Assembly (NCBI RefSeq): GCF_004010195.1
Contig: NC_057718.1
Coordinates: forward strand, 10,594,474-10,658,473
Source of the DNA: Chiloscyllium plagiosum
Lineage: Eukaryota
Reading direction: 5' to 3'
DNA: 64,000 nt
Shown here piece by piece: positions 49,160 through 61,860 of this stretch (positions are counted from its first letter, which is position 1; the number at the start of each line of letters is the position of its first letter). The notes beneath the pieces are model-generated. The model was not told the DNA's origin. It saw only the letters and a list, made by a program, of their open reading frames with translations, and did no database searches. Position numbers and translations under genes: made by a program.

Positions 49160-52100
49160 AGACTCACTGGCATATAATTTCTTGGATGTTCCCTGTTGTC
49201 GACCTCAAATAAAGAAACAACATTGGCTCTTCTCTAAAGGATACTAAGATCTCTGTCAAGGCTTCAGCAATCTCCTCCCTTGCCTCCATGGGTTCTTTAC
49301 TACCTTTAATGATTTTCAAGACTCCCAACACCACCTTTTTTTTTATATCAACAGGCATTAGAATATCAAACCCTCCCTCTCTCTCTTTTCTCTTCTCCTC
49401 CCCTCCCCACCCCCCCACCCCCCCAACTTGGCATCATCCAAGTCCTACTCCTCAGTAAATGCCAATGAGAAGTACTCATTTAAGGACTGTACCCACTTTG
49501 TCTGGCTTCACACAAATTCCCTCCTTTGTCCTTGAGTAGACCTACACTTTTTCTAGTTACCCTCTTGTTCCTAATGTACATATAAAATATCTTAGGATTC
49601 TCCTTAATCCTACGTGCCAAGGTCATTTCATGTAGCCCTCCTAATTTTTTTTTTTAAAGTTCTTTTCTGCTTCCTTTATATTCAGTCATACTGCACAGAA
49701 ACAGACCCTTCATTCCAAACAATCCACACTGACCATGATCCAAACTTAATTAGTCCCACCTGCCTGCGCTTGGCCAGTATCCCTGGAAACCTTTTTCTAT
49801 TTGTGAAATAATCTAAACACCTTTTAAACATTGTAACTGTATCCATAAGCTGTAGAAGTAGAAATTAGGCCATTCAGCCCATTGAGTCTGCTCTGCCATT
49901 CAATCATGGCTGATGCCCATACCCACCACTTCCTGTGGAAATTCATTCCACAAACGAACCAATCTGTTTTTTTTTTAAATTGCCCCCATGTCTTTTTTTA
50001 ATCCTTATCCTCTCACCTTCTCTCGTTCCCCCTAAGTCCTGAAATCGCTGATCCTGGTGAAAAGATACCTGCCATACCTTGATGATTTTATAGACCTCTA
50101 CAAGATCACTCCTCAATCTCCTATGCTTCAGTGAAAAAGGTCCCCGCCTATCCGGTTTCTTCTTACAACTCAAACCTTCCATTCCTGGCAACATCCTGGT
50201 AAATCTCTTTTGAACCTCACTGACTTAATAATATCCTTCCTTTTACTAGGCGACCATAACTGGACGCAGTACTCCAGAAGATGCCTCGCCTGTGTCTTGT
50301 ACAACCTCAATGTTCCAACTCCTATTCTTGAACCTCTGAGCAGTGAAGGCAAGCATGCTAAATGCCTTCTTAACCATCTTATTTGTATGTGGTGCAAACT
50401 TCAAAGAATTATGTACCTGAACCCGATAGGTGTCTCTGTTATGTAATACTACCCAAGGTCCTACTTTTAATTGTACAAGTCCTGTCATTATTTGTTTTTA
50501 CCAAAATGCAGTACCTGACATTTATCCAAATTAAACTTTTTGTTACTCTTCAGCCCATTGATCCAATTGATAAAGATGTCTTTTGTAATCTTCGATAACC
50601 ATCTTCACTGACCACTTTACCACCAACTTTGGTGTCATCTGCATACTTGGTAACCATGCCTTCTATATTCTCGTCTAAATTATTTCTATAAAAGTGGACC
50701 TAGCACCTGTACAGTGATCCCTGTAGAACACTGGTTACAGGCCTCTAGTCTTAAAAAAAACTTCCACAATCACTCGGTCTCCTGCCTTTCAGCTAATTTT
50801 GTCTCCAATTGACAAGCTCACCCTGAATCCCAGGTGATCTAACTTCCTAATTAGGTCACCATGCGGAACCTTGTCAAAGACTTTACTAAAATCCAAGTAG
50901 ACTATATCTACTGCTCTGTGCACATCAATCTTTCTTATTTCCTCAAAAAAACTCAATCAAGTTTGAGACACTGTTTTCCTCTCTCAAAAGCAGGCTTGCT
51001 ATCCCAAATCATTCCTTGCCCCTCCCAATGCTTATAAATCCTATCTTTTTGAATCACTTCCGTCAACTTAGCCACCATCAAAGTCTCACACAGTCTATAG
51101 TTCCCAGGCTTCTCCTCACATCCCTATTAAACAAAGGCACAGCATTAGCCACTGTCTAGTCATTTGGCACCTCATCTGTAATTAAAGATGATACAAATAT
51201 TTCTGCAAGAGGCCCCTCAGTTTCCTCCATAATTTCCCACAACGTCCTGGGATACTAGATCAGGTCCTGGAGATTTATCCACCTTTTACATTTTATAAGA
51301 CTTCCAGCACTTCCTTTTCTGTAATGTTAACTGTTTTCAAAACATCAATATTTATATCCCTGAGTTCTCTAGCTTCCACTTTCTCCATGTAAAAACTGAC
51401 ATCAAATATACATTTAATATCCCTCCCATCTCCTGAGGTTCAACGCAAAGATGACTGCTTTGGTCTCTAGTTCTCTCTTGCTTTTAATGTTTTTTAGAAT
51501 TTATTTGAAAGCTTCCCATTTATCAGACATCCCTTTACCTGCAAACAGTCTAATCCAATCAATTTTTGAAAGTTCTTGTCTCATACCATTAAAATTTGCA
51601 TTACTTCAATTTTTATGGAAGGCTACTATCACGAAAGTCACTTGCCCTGTCTTATTCGCCAAGGGAAGGTCGAGTTTTGCACCTTCTATAGCAGAAACAT
51701 TTACATATCGATAAAGAAAATTTTCTTTATCGCATTTAACAAATTCTTCATCATGCAAACCTTTAACACTCTGGTCGTCCCAGTCAATGTTTGGAAAATT
51801 AAACTCAGCTCCATTAAAACCTTATTGCCCCTGCCTAATATGAGATCTCTCTACATATTTGTTCCTCAATTTTCCTCTGACTATTGGGTGGTCTACACTA
51901 TAATTCCATCAAGGTGACCATTCCTTTTTTATTGTTAATTTCAACCCATATATTTTTATTGGATGATTTTTTGTTTAGAAATATCTTCTCTGGTTCCAGT
52001 AATGTTTTTTCCTTAATCAGTAATGCCACTCCCCCTCGTCTTTTTGCTCCTCTATCTTTCTTATAACATTTGAAACCACAACATTGAGCTGCCAATCCTG

Positions 52101-55100
52101 TCCATCCTTTAGCCAAGTTTCTTTAATAGCTATGATATCCTAATCCTGTGTTCCAAACATGCCCTGAGTTTATCAGCCTTACCTGTGAGCCCCTTGCATT
52201 GAAATAAGTGCAATTTAATTCTTAAGAGTTATTTGTTCTCTTCCCCTCATGAGTCTTGTTTGATTTGTCTCCTGAACCTTACACATGCTTCCCTTTTCTT
52301 TTCAAATTAACTTTTAACGTGTCTCATCGGTTCCTGAATCTTGCCATTCTTGCCTTTCAAACTCTCATATATCTGATAGTGGTCTTGAATGACAGTCTTA
52401 ACCTTACCCCTATCCATAAGTAACTTGAAATTTATGAAATTATGATTACTGTTCCCAAAATGCTTCCTCAGTGAAACTTTGATCACCTGGTCAGGCTCAT
52501 TCCCCAATGCAAGGTTTAATACAGCCTATTCCCTAGTTGGACTACCTACATTTTGTTTCAAGAATACCTCCTGGATGCACCAAACAAATTCTGCCCTATC
52601 TAAGCCTTTGGCACTAAGGGAGTTCCAGTGAATTTGGAGAAATTAAAATCACACACTAACACAACCCTGTTGTTTTCACACCTTTCCACGAGCTGCTTCT
52701 ACATCTGTTCCTGCAATTCCTGTTGGCTATTGGGTGGCCAAAATATAACCCAATTATCGTCATTATACTTTTTTATTCCTAAATTCTATCTAAATTTCCT
52801 TGCTGGATGTGTCCTCCAAGATGTCCTCTTTTAGTACAGCTGTGACATTCTCCTTAATCAGTAATACAACTCCTTCACCCCTTTTCTGTCAAGCCTGAAA
52901 TATCTAAATCCTGGAACATTTAATTGCCCCTCCAGGCTTTCTCTCCACAAAGTTTCTGTAATAGCTACCACATTGTACACGCATACAATGATGCAAGCTA
53001 TAAGCTCACCTGCCTTGTCTGTTAGTCATTGCATTAAAATAAATACACTTCAGACTGCTAGTCCTGCTGTGTTAATTAGCCTTGTCATGGTTGTTCTTCC
53101 TACAAAACTGACTTAATTTTGCCCCTCTTTTTTTCTTTAAATACTCCACATGCTGAGCTGCTCTGGTTCCCACCGTCCTCACCCCACCATGCTGGTTTAA
53201 ACTGTCCTGAGTGGTTCAGGTTGTAAGCTTGCTTACTGAGCTGCAGGGTTTGTTTTCCGACATTTCGTCACCATGCTAGGTAACGACATCAGTGAGCCTC
53301 CGGTGAAGCGCTGGTGTTCTGTCCTGCTTTCTATTTGTGTCTTGATCGGTTAAGGTGGGTGATATCATTTCCGGTTCTTTTTCTCAGAGGTTGGTAAATG
53401 GGATCCAAATCAATGTGTTTATTGATGGAGTTCCGGTTTGAATGCCAGGCCTATAGGAATTCCCATGCGTGTCTCTGTTTAGCCTGCCCTAGGATGGATG
53501 TGTTGTCCCAGTCAAAGTGGTGTCCTCCTTCATCTGTGTGTGAGGATACTCTTGATAGCAAGTCATATCTTTTGGTGACTAGTTGGTGTTGGTGTATCCT
53601 GGTGGCTAGTTTTCTGCCCGATGTAGTGTTTATTACAGTCCTTGCAGGGTATTTTGTAAATGACATTGATTTTGCTGGTTGTTGGTATAAGGTCCTTTAG
53701 GTTCATCAGTTGCTCTTTCAGTGTATTGGTAGGTTTGTGGTTTATCATGATGCCGAGAGGTCGGAATAGTCTGGTAGTCATCTCCAAGATGTATTTTGAT
53801 GTTCCTGAAAGACAACAGACTCCCAGAAGAAACCCAGCAGGCCATCAGACAGACAGTTGCATCAACACTAAGCAGGAAAAAGGAAGGGAGCACCCTCAAC
53901 ACACAGGAAAGTCAAGTCCTGCAAGGGCCGAAAACATTGCAGACAAAGGGCGCATGACTGTCATCCTGAACAGAACACAGTACATTGAAAAGGCAAACTC
54001 ACTGCTCGCAGATGCCAACACTTACCAAGAGATGGCGATAAACCTGACTCCACAGCCAGAAAACCGTGCCACAGCTTTATTGAAGAAGTTTCATAAATCA
54101 GGCAAAATTAACAAGAAAGATCTCCAAAAAACGAAACCTGATGGATCCAACACACTTCGATTCTACACATTACCTAAGATACATAAACCAGAGGCACCCC
54201 TTAGACCTATAGTCTCACTCCCAGCCACAGTGATCTACAGACTAGCAAAGGAACGCCACCGAAAACTAAAATACCTAGTAGAAGACTCATGCTACTCCAT
54301 CCACACCACTCAAGAATTCCTGAACATCATCAAAGACATCGAGATAGAGAATGAAGTAATGGTCTCCTTTGATGTAACAGCCCTATTCACATCAATTAAC
54401 ACCAGCCTGGCCAAAGAAACACTGGCTGCACTACTAGACGAACCAAGGACACTAACACGAGACAGCACCAACATCATCGGCAAGGACAACATCCTCAATC
54501 TGTGACTCACTACCCAATTCACCTTCAATAACAAAACCTACAAAGAAATCAACGGAACACCTTTGGGATCACCAATATCAGACTTCTTATGGGCAGTAAT
54601 GCAGAGACTAGAGAGAAAAACAGCCCTCCCCACGATCTACCCCCAACCTTTGGGTCCACCAATTTGTCATTACAAAATGGAACAAATTAGAGGAAACCTA
54701 CAACATCATTAATAACGTCCTTACTGGTATAATGTTCACGAAAGAGGAAGAGAACAACAACAGACTCCCCTTCCTAGATGTCACAGTAGAACGAAAAGCC
54801 AATGGAGAGCTGCAGACCAGCGTCTACAGGAAACAACATGCACAGACCAGATACTCAACTACAAAAGAAATCATCCCAACACGCACAAATGGAGCTGTAT
54901 CAGAACATTATTTAAAAGTGCCACAACACACTGCAGCACCAGGAATTAACAAATGGCAGAAGAAAAATATTAATACAGCAAATTCAAGAACAATGGGTAT
55001 CTAATAAATACAATCCTCTGATTCTTAAACTACAAACCCAAACAAGCAGTCACAACATGCCCAGAAACTCTAGCCACACTATCAGACACATCTTGGAGTT

Positions 55101-56030
55101 GACTACCAGACTACCCTAACCCGTTGGCATCATGGTAGCCCACAAACCTACCAACATACTGAAACAGCAACTGATGAACCGAAAGGACCCCATACCAACA
55201 ACCAGCAAAATGAATGCCATTTACAAAATATCCTGCAAGGACTGTAACAAACACTACCTCGGACAGTCAGGCAGAAATCTAGCCACCAGGATACACTAAT
55301 ACCAACTAGCCACCAAAAGATATGACTCGCTATCACTAGTATCCTCAGACGAAGAGAGATACCACTTCGACTGGGACAACACATCCACCCTAGGACAGGC
55401 TAAACAGAGACACATGCGAATTCCTAGAGACCTGGCTTTCAAACCGGAACTCCATCAATAAACACATCGATTTGGACCCTATTTACCAATCTCTGAGAAA
55501 AAGAACCAGAAATCATGTCACCCACCTTAAAAGACCAAGACCCACAAATCGAAAGCGGGACAGAACACCAGCACTTCACCGCAGGCTCACTGCTGATGCT
55601 ACCTAGCATGGTGACGAAATGTTTGAAAACAAACCTTGCAGCTCAGCGAGCAAACTTACAACCTGCACCTCAACCTGAGCTACAAATCTTCTCAAAAAAT
55701 CGCAATCTCCTGACTGGCATTAACAAATCTCTTTGCAAGGATATTGGTAACCCTCTAGTTTAAATGCAACCCATTCTTCTTGTACTGACCCCATCTGCCC
55801 TGAAAGTGTTCCCAATGATTCATATATCTGAATCCCTCCCTTGTGCACCAGCTCTTTAGCCATGCATTCAGCAATATCTTCCTATTTCTGGTCTCGCTGG
55901 TATGTGGCACAGGGAATAACCCCAGATTACAACCCTACAAGTCCTGCTTTTCAGCTTCCGATCGAACTCCTCATTTATTTTTGCAGGACCTCATGTCTCT
56001 TGCTGCCTATGTCATTAGTACTATTAGACA
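49160..56030 (-). mobile_element. Long nested CR1 array (RT, APE, ORF1) interrupted by a Penelope element
   Basis: KKDRGAKRRGGVALLIKE (APE); HLLEYCVQLWSP and RRLRSDLVEVYKI (RT C-terminus). Confidence 0.85.
53215..55705 (+). mobile_element. Penelope-like retroelement (family C): decayed RT plus GIY-YIG plus pLTR, with an inverted 5' arm
   Basis: DKGRMTVILN, FYTLPKIHKPEAPLRPIVS, VSFDVTALFTSI, GTPLGSPIS, FTKEEENNNRLPFLDVTV...VYRK, IYKISCKDCNKHYLGQ; 53215-53792 mirrors about 55088-55668. Confidence 0.93.
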
Positions 56031-56732
56031 GAATGTTGCTATGAAACAAGGACACCCGATGGAATTCTTGCCAAAATTTGTATTTACAATCTTGGATCTA
56101 CCTTTGCACGTGGACAACGTTGGATGTTTTGACAGTGAAAATATTTGACTTTATCTTAGAGTAACTACAAATCCACTGTTGATGTGCTGTTGTAATGAAT
56201 ATACTAACTTGACTGCAACATTTTGCATGTCACTGTTGGTATGGACAATAATAAGTCAGCCAGGTACGCATTTTAATTAAGTCTGTTTTATACACTTAGC
56301 AGCCAGTTGAAGAAAAAAGTATCCTCAATTCACAATCTCTTTGGTTTCAATTTCTGAATTAATCTCATTGTGAAGCAAGGTTCTCTCGTATACATGGACC
56401 TTTAAAATGTTTAGGAAATCTTACTGAAAATGTTTTTTATATTTGCAACGGCTGCCTCATTTTTAAGGTCCACAATGGAAACTTTTTCAATTGATAATGT
56501 AGGTTCAGTAGCTGAAAAATCAGTTGCAAATGTGTATTTTTTTCTTGAAGCTATGTATCATGTATTTTTTTTTAAATTGAGGTTTCCACATGCCTGACTT
56601 TATTTTCTTGTCAGAGTCCAATGTGAATGATTGCAGGGTGTAGTCTTAAATTTAAGAATTGGAATGGTTTCTTTCTTGTGGAAGGCTTCTCTAACAGGCC
56701 GAGAACGATTTTCATTCAGTCTTTTGTTACAG

Positions 56733-56835
56733 ACGTGATTCCTGAAAATGCTTTGGAAGAAATAACAAAAAGCATGGATATGAATGCAGTTCTAGCAGAG
56801 ATTTTCCATCATGATGCAGAGGGAGTACAAATCAG
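56733..56835 (+). CDS. NRBP1: NRBP1 exon (HVIPENALEEITKSMDMNAVLAEIFHHDAEGVQI-R), 103 nt
   Basis: ttgttacag|ACGTG...ATCAG|gtattg; phase 1/2 is consistent. Confidence 0.95.
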
Positions 56836-56911
56836 GTATTGTAAGCATTAATTTGAACCTCTTAGATCTCACCAGAAAGCATTGGCTAATAACATGTTTT
56901 CAAAATGCAGT

Positions 56912-58345
56912 CATAGAACATAGAAGAATACAGCGCAGTACAGGCCCTTCGGCCCTCGATGTTGCGCCGATCCAAGCCCACCTAACCTACACTAGCCCAC
57001 TATCCTCCATATGCCTATCCAATGCCCATAATGAGGGAGAGTCCACCACTGCTACTGGCAGGGCATTCCATGAACTCACGACTCACTGAGTAAAGAACCT
57101 ACCCCTAACATTTGTCCGAAACCTACCTCCCCTTAATTTAAAGCTATGCCCCCTCGTAATAGCTGACTCCATACGTGGAAAAAGATTCTCACTGTCGACC
57201 CTATCTAAACCCCTAACCATCTTNNNNNNNNNNNNNNNNNNNNNNNNNNNNNNNNNNNNNNNNNNNNNNNNNNNNNNNNNNNNNNNNNNNNNNNNNNNNN
57301 NNNNNNNNNNNNNNNNNNNNNNNNNNNNNNNNNNNNNNNNNNNNNNNNNNNNNNNNNNNNNNNNNNNNNNNNNNNNNNNNNNNNNNNNNNNNNNNNNNNN
57401 NNNNNNNNNNNNNNNNNNNNNNNNNNNNNNNNNNNNNNNNNNNNNNNNNNNNNNNNNNNNNNNNNNNNNNNNNNNNNNNNNNNNNNNNNNNNNNNNNNNN
57501 NNNNNNNNNNNNNNNNNNNNNNNNNNNNNNNNNNNNNNNNNNNNNNNNNNNNNNNNNNNNNNNNNNNNNNNNNNNNNNNNNNNNNNNNNNNNNNNNNNNN
57601 NNNNNNNNNNNNNNNNNNNNNNNNNNNNNNNNNNNNNNNNNNNNNNNNNNNNNCCTAAACTGCACACAATATTCCAGATGCGGTCGTACCAGAGTCTTAT
57701 ACAACTGCATCATGACCTCAGGACTCCGGAACTCAATTCCTCTACCGATAAAAGCCAGTACGCCATATGCCTTCCTCACCGCACTATTTACCTGGGTGGC
57801 AACTTTCAGAGATCTGTGTACATGGACACCAAGATCCCTCTGCTCATCCACACTACCAAGTATCCGACCATTAGCCCAGTACCCCATCTTTTTGTTATTC
57901 TTCCCAAAGTGAATCACCTCGCACTTAGCTACATTGGATTCCATCTGCCACCTTTCTGCCCAGCTCTGCAGCTTCTCTATATCCTGCTGTAACCTGCCAC
58001 ATCCTTCCTCACTGTCTACAACTCCTCCTACTTTCGTATCATCCGCAAACTTGCTCACCTAACCTTCTAACCCCTCTTCCAGGTCATTTATAAAAATGAC
58101 AAACAGCAATGGTCCCAAAACAGATCCTTGCGGAACACCGCTAGTGACGGCACTCCAAGATGAACCTTTGCCATCAACTACTACCCTCTGTCTTCTTCCA
58201 GCCAGCCAACTCCTAATCCAAACCACCAACTCACCCTCAATGCCATACCTCCGTATTTTTTGCAGTAGTCAACCATGGGGAACCTTATCAAACGCCTTAC
58301 TAAAATCCATATACACCACATCTACCGCTTTCCCCTCGTCCACCT
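56912..58345 (-). mobile_element. Young CR1 LINE, 5' truncated, spanning a gap
   Basis: uninterrupted RT frame SKFADDTKVGG...TLVRPHLEYCVQF; clean 3' tail. Confidence 0.93.
57224..57652. other. Assembly gap (N run)
   Basis: run of N inside the CR1. Confidence 1.
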
Positions 58346-58657
58346 ATGCTGTCCACTTTAATTGCTGGGTCAAAATTCTGGAACTTTTTTTTCATTGCAG
58401 CACTGTGGGTGTCTTTACACCACCAAATGGACTTCAGTTCATGAGGTGGCTTACAATCACTCCCTCAAGCCAGTTAGGGTTTGGCGGGCAATGCAACTGA
58501 ATGAACTTGAGGCTATTTACAGATGTGAACCATTTTTTGTCTGATATCTAACATGGTTAATTTACAGTGTTATTTCTGATACAGTTTGAGTTATGGTCAA
58601 TCATATGTCAAGCTGTCTATTTACTACTTAAAATAAAGCATCCTTGTTTCCTTACAG

Positions 58658-58708
58658 ATTCTCCCAGTTTCCTGCACTGGAGTTAGATAAGTTTTTAGAG
58701 GATGTGAG
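58658..58708 (+). CDS. NRBP1: NRBP1 exon (FSQFPALELDKFLEDV-R), 51 nt
   Basis: ccttacag|ATTC...GTGAG|gtaaga. Confidence 0.96.
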
Positions 58709-58769
58709 GTAAGAATTCCACACTGGGGCTGGTAAATATCATTCCTCCTTGATTCTTGTGTCTATTAGA

Positions 58770-59210
58770 TTAAGGAGCAGAAGTAAGCCATTTTAATCTA
58801 TTGAGTCTACTTTGGCATTCAATGAGATCATGGATAATCTTTTAATCCCCAAATTCAATTTCCTGCCTTTTCCCCATAACTCTTAAAAGCAGATCTATCT
58901 CAGCCTTGAATATACTTAATGACCCAGTCGTAACAGCTTTGTGCGGTGAAGAATTCTCCAGATTTGTAACCCTATGAAAGAAGAAATTCCTCCATGTATC
59001 TGAAATTTGTGACCTTTTACTCTGGCCCTATGCTTTTCCACTAGGGGGGAGAAAAAAGTTCCATATCTACACTGTCAAGTCCTCTAACAATCTTGTATGT
59101 TTAAATAAGATCACCCCTCGTCGTCCTCCTCTTCCAACAAGTATAGGCCCAATCTACTCAATCTTTCCTCATAAGACAGTCCCTCCATACTTGGTATCAG
59201 CTTAGTAATT
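58770..59210 (-). mobile_element. CR1 3' fragment in the short intron between exons 58708 and 59332
   Basis: aggagcagaagtaagcca tail; ctcataagacagtccctccatacttggtatcag (IPSMEGLSYE on minus). Confidence 0.75.
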
Positions 59211-59331
59211 CTGGTTTTATCTCTCTTTTGAGATAATGTGTAGATCAGCACCAGTTATTTTTCTAAACGTTTAGGGTTTGTTTTCTATATATGCTATTCT
59301 ATACTCGTGATTGTCCATCTTTAATTTGAAG

Positions 59332-59467
59332 GAATGGTATTTATCCTTTGACTGCATTTGGAATGCCCATGCCTCAGCAGCCACAGCAAGAGACTGTGAC
59401 ATCACCCATTATCCCACCATCTGTGAAAACCCCAACACCAGAACCTGCAGAGCTGGAGACAAGAAAG
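59332..59467 (+). CDS. NRBP1: NRBP1 exon ([45 protein letters not shown]), 136 nt
   Basis: tttgaag|GAATGG...AGAAAG|gtaaag; AAG acceptor; the coding frame differs from the ORF-track frame at 59311. Confidence 0.96.
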
Positions 59468-59739
59468 GTAAAGTTTTACAGTCAATGTTATTTCTCTGCT
59501 CATCCACTTATCTTATAACTTGTAATTGTTTATCCAGTGATTAAAATGTTCACACAGAATCTGGTTTTCTGAGAAGCGGCAGTAGGCTGTTTTGAGTCAC
59601 TGTATAGCCCCTGTAATGAAGGTTTTCTTATGGAAGTACTAGACTAGGAATTCAAGGCTATTAAACCATTAATAATGAATAACACAGTGAATACAGTTAG
59701 TAGCTTTGTCAAAATAAATTGGGCTAATGTAATCTCCAC

Positions 59740-59766
59740 TATACATAGTATACATAGTATACATAG
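59740..59766. repeat. (TATACATAG)x3 tandem repeat
   Basis: three exact 9-mers. Confidence 0.9.
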
Positions 59767-60109
59767 AATCCTGTCACCTGCTCCATTGTATTGTATGGTT
59801 ACAAGTATTACAATCTCAGTGCACTGGTGAAGGAGAGCTGTGATAGCCCAATTTGTTTTTACCTGAGTTTTTCAAAGGCTGTAGGGATTTGGTGTCCTAC
59901 AAGCAGTGCTTTCTTTGTATTTGGTATGTTGCCCAGCCACAGAAGTAGAATGGGTTAGAACCTTGCAGCCCCAGTGAGCCAGCATGACTGATTTATTTAT
60001 GCACTTATAGTTTAAGTTACAAGTTATTTTAAATGAAGGATCCACCTGCTGTGCTGAAAGTAATGCAAGGATTGACTGACTTTTTTTTTCTTATTGTGTG
60101 TCTTGACAG

Positions 60110-60163
60110 GTTGTTCAGATGCACTGCAATATTGAGCCAGTTGATGAAGGAGCCAAGCATCAT
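60110..60163 (+). CDS. NRBP1: NRBP1 exon (VVQMHCNIEPVDEGAKHH), 54 nt; the gene continues beyond the window
   Basis: branch-like ctgac at about 60076, a polyT tract, gacag|GTTGTT...CATCAT|gtaagt. Confidence 0.96.
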
Positions 60164-60955
60164 GTAAGTTCTTTGCTTTCCATTAAAGCAATGCCGATTA
60201 GTTTCTTGTGCATGTTTGTTCTCCACTGTTTGAGCTGTTTTCCCCATATTCAAACTGTGAATGCTAATGTTTGTGTTGAATGAATGTATGCTTGTGAGAG
60301 AGTTCAGCATGTAAAAAATAGTTCAGTTATTTGAAAACATTCACAGTAAATACTTTTTTAAAAACTTTATTGTGTTTGTATATGTTATCTGCTACAGATC
60401 AATTAAGTAATATTTTATTCACATTTTTCTATATGACAACATAAATAAAACTTGCAGTATTTCTGTTCCTCATTAACCCATTACACAGAAGAAATGAAGT
60501 TGGAGGAATGAATTTGTGGCTCAAAGACCAGTGGGAGAAGTGGGTACACTGGCACTATTACTGGGAAAGTGGGATTTACTCTATGCAGGGCAGGTATTTT
60601 GGTCATAACTAGTGAATTAAAGAGGGTTTTAAACTAATTGGTGGGAACAAGGGATCAAATTTGGCAAGATGTGGTAGATGAAGAGTTTCTACGTGGCACA
60701 AAAAGTTAGTAAGATGTTAAATGAAAAACCATTCATGCCCGGAAGGGATGGAGAATACAATACCAAGAGTGAATTGATAGATGGATGAGAAATTACAAAA
60801 ACAATAAAAAGCAAAACTAAAAGTTCTATATATTAATGCATGCAACAATTGGAACAAAACACATGATTTGATAAAACAATTTGTAACATATAATTCAAAT
60901 TGGTAGCCATTACAGAGACAGGGCTAAAAGGTGAAGTAGGTTGGAACCTGAATAG

Positions 60956-61085
60956 GAGAAAGTGAGGACTGCAGATGCTGGAGATCAGAGTTGAGTGTGT
61001 GGTGCTGGAAAAGCACAGCTGGCCAGGCAGCTCCTTGGATGCTGTCTAACCTGCTGTGCTTTTCCAGCACCACAATCTTGACACT
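60956..61085. mobile_element. Fold-back PLE family A mini-element lacking the HHR, 12-bp TSD
   Basis: gaacctgaatag at 60944-60955 and 61086-61097; gtggtgctggaaaagcacagc versus gctgtgcttttccagcaccac. Confidence 0.88.
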
Positions 61086-61639
61086 GAACCTGAATAGTCA
61101 AGGATCTCAAAATCCAAGAGAATGTGAAGGCCAGCTCCCTTAATTAATGAAGAAATGAGCACTATGGAGAGGGGTGATTTTAAGTTCAGGAAACCAGGAG
61201 CTAGAAGGCAAGAAGTTACTTTACTAATAATCACACAATGTAATAAAGTATAAACAAACAAATAATGAGAGCTTATCCTGCTGTTTTATCAATTTATATA
61301 TATGATGTATATGCAGAAGTACCCGATAAGTTCATTGTATGTTTTCAGGTGTATTCCTTAACATAGTACATTTTGGAATTAACCAAAGAGCAGGATATTT
61401 TGGTTTGTAAAATGAGATAAGATTGGTCAATGACCTCATAGTGAAGGCACTCTTTTTGTTAGCATCGATGATAATATGGAACTTTACATCGTTTGAGGGA
61501 GAGATTAATGGTTCCAAAACTAGTATTTTGACTGCCCTCATTCTGCACTGGCACCTTAATGATTCTCTGGCTTGGATGAAGGGATCAAAGGTACGGTTGC
61601 AATTTTTGCTGATGGTACAACGATAGATCATAAGTACAA

Positions 61640-61860
61640 CTGAAAGAATTGAGGATGCTGTAAATTAGAAACAAAAAGAGAAGTTGATGGGAAAGCTCAG
61701 CAGGTCTGGCAGCATCTGTGCAGAGAAATCAAAGTTAACAATTTTGGTCCTGTGACCCTTCCTCAGAACATGTTTCATAGTTCTGAGGAAGGGTCACTGG
61801 ACCCAAAAACTTTGATTTCTTTTCACAGATGCTGCCAGACCTGCTGAATTTTTTCAGTTC
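61640..61860. mobile_element. Fold-back PLE family D element with paired HHR remnants
   Basis: perfect 18-bp (61752-61769/61780-61797) and 23-bp (61698-61720/61824-61846) inverted matches; gttCTGAGGAaGGGTCactgGACCCaAAA. Confidence 0.8.

Noticed and set aside
53660..54505. 281-aa ORF as an intact or domesticated RT gene
   Set aside because: The N-terminus is antisense inverted-arm sequence. The RT stops at 54505, is frameshifted and lacks the YxDD region.
896..60163. Assignment to NRBP2 or a WNK kinase
   Set aside because: YLHSCDPP, VAPDTINNHVKTCREEQKN and [10 protein letters not shown] match NRBP1 as I recall it; HRD and DFG are absent.
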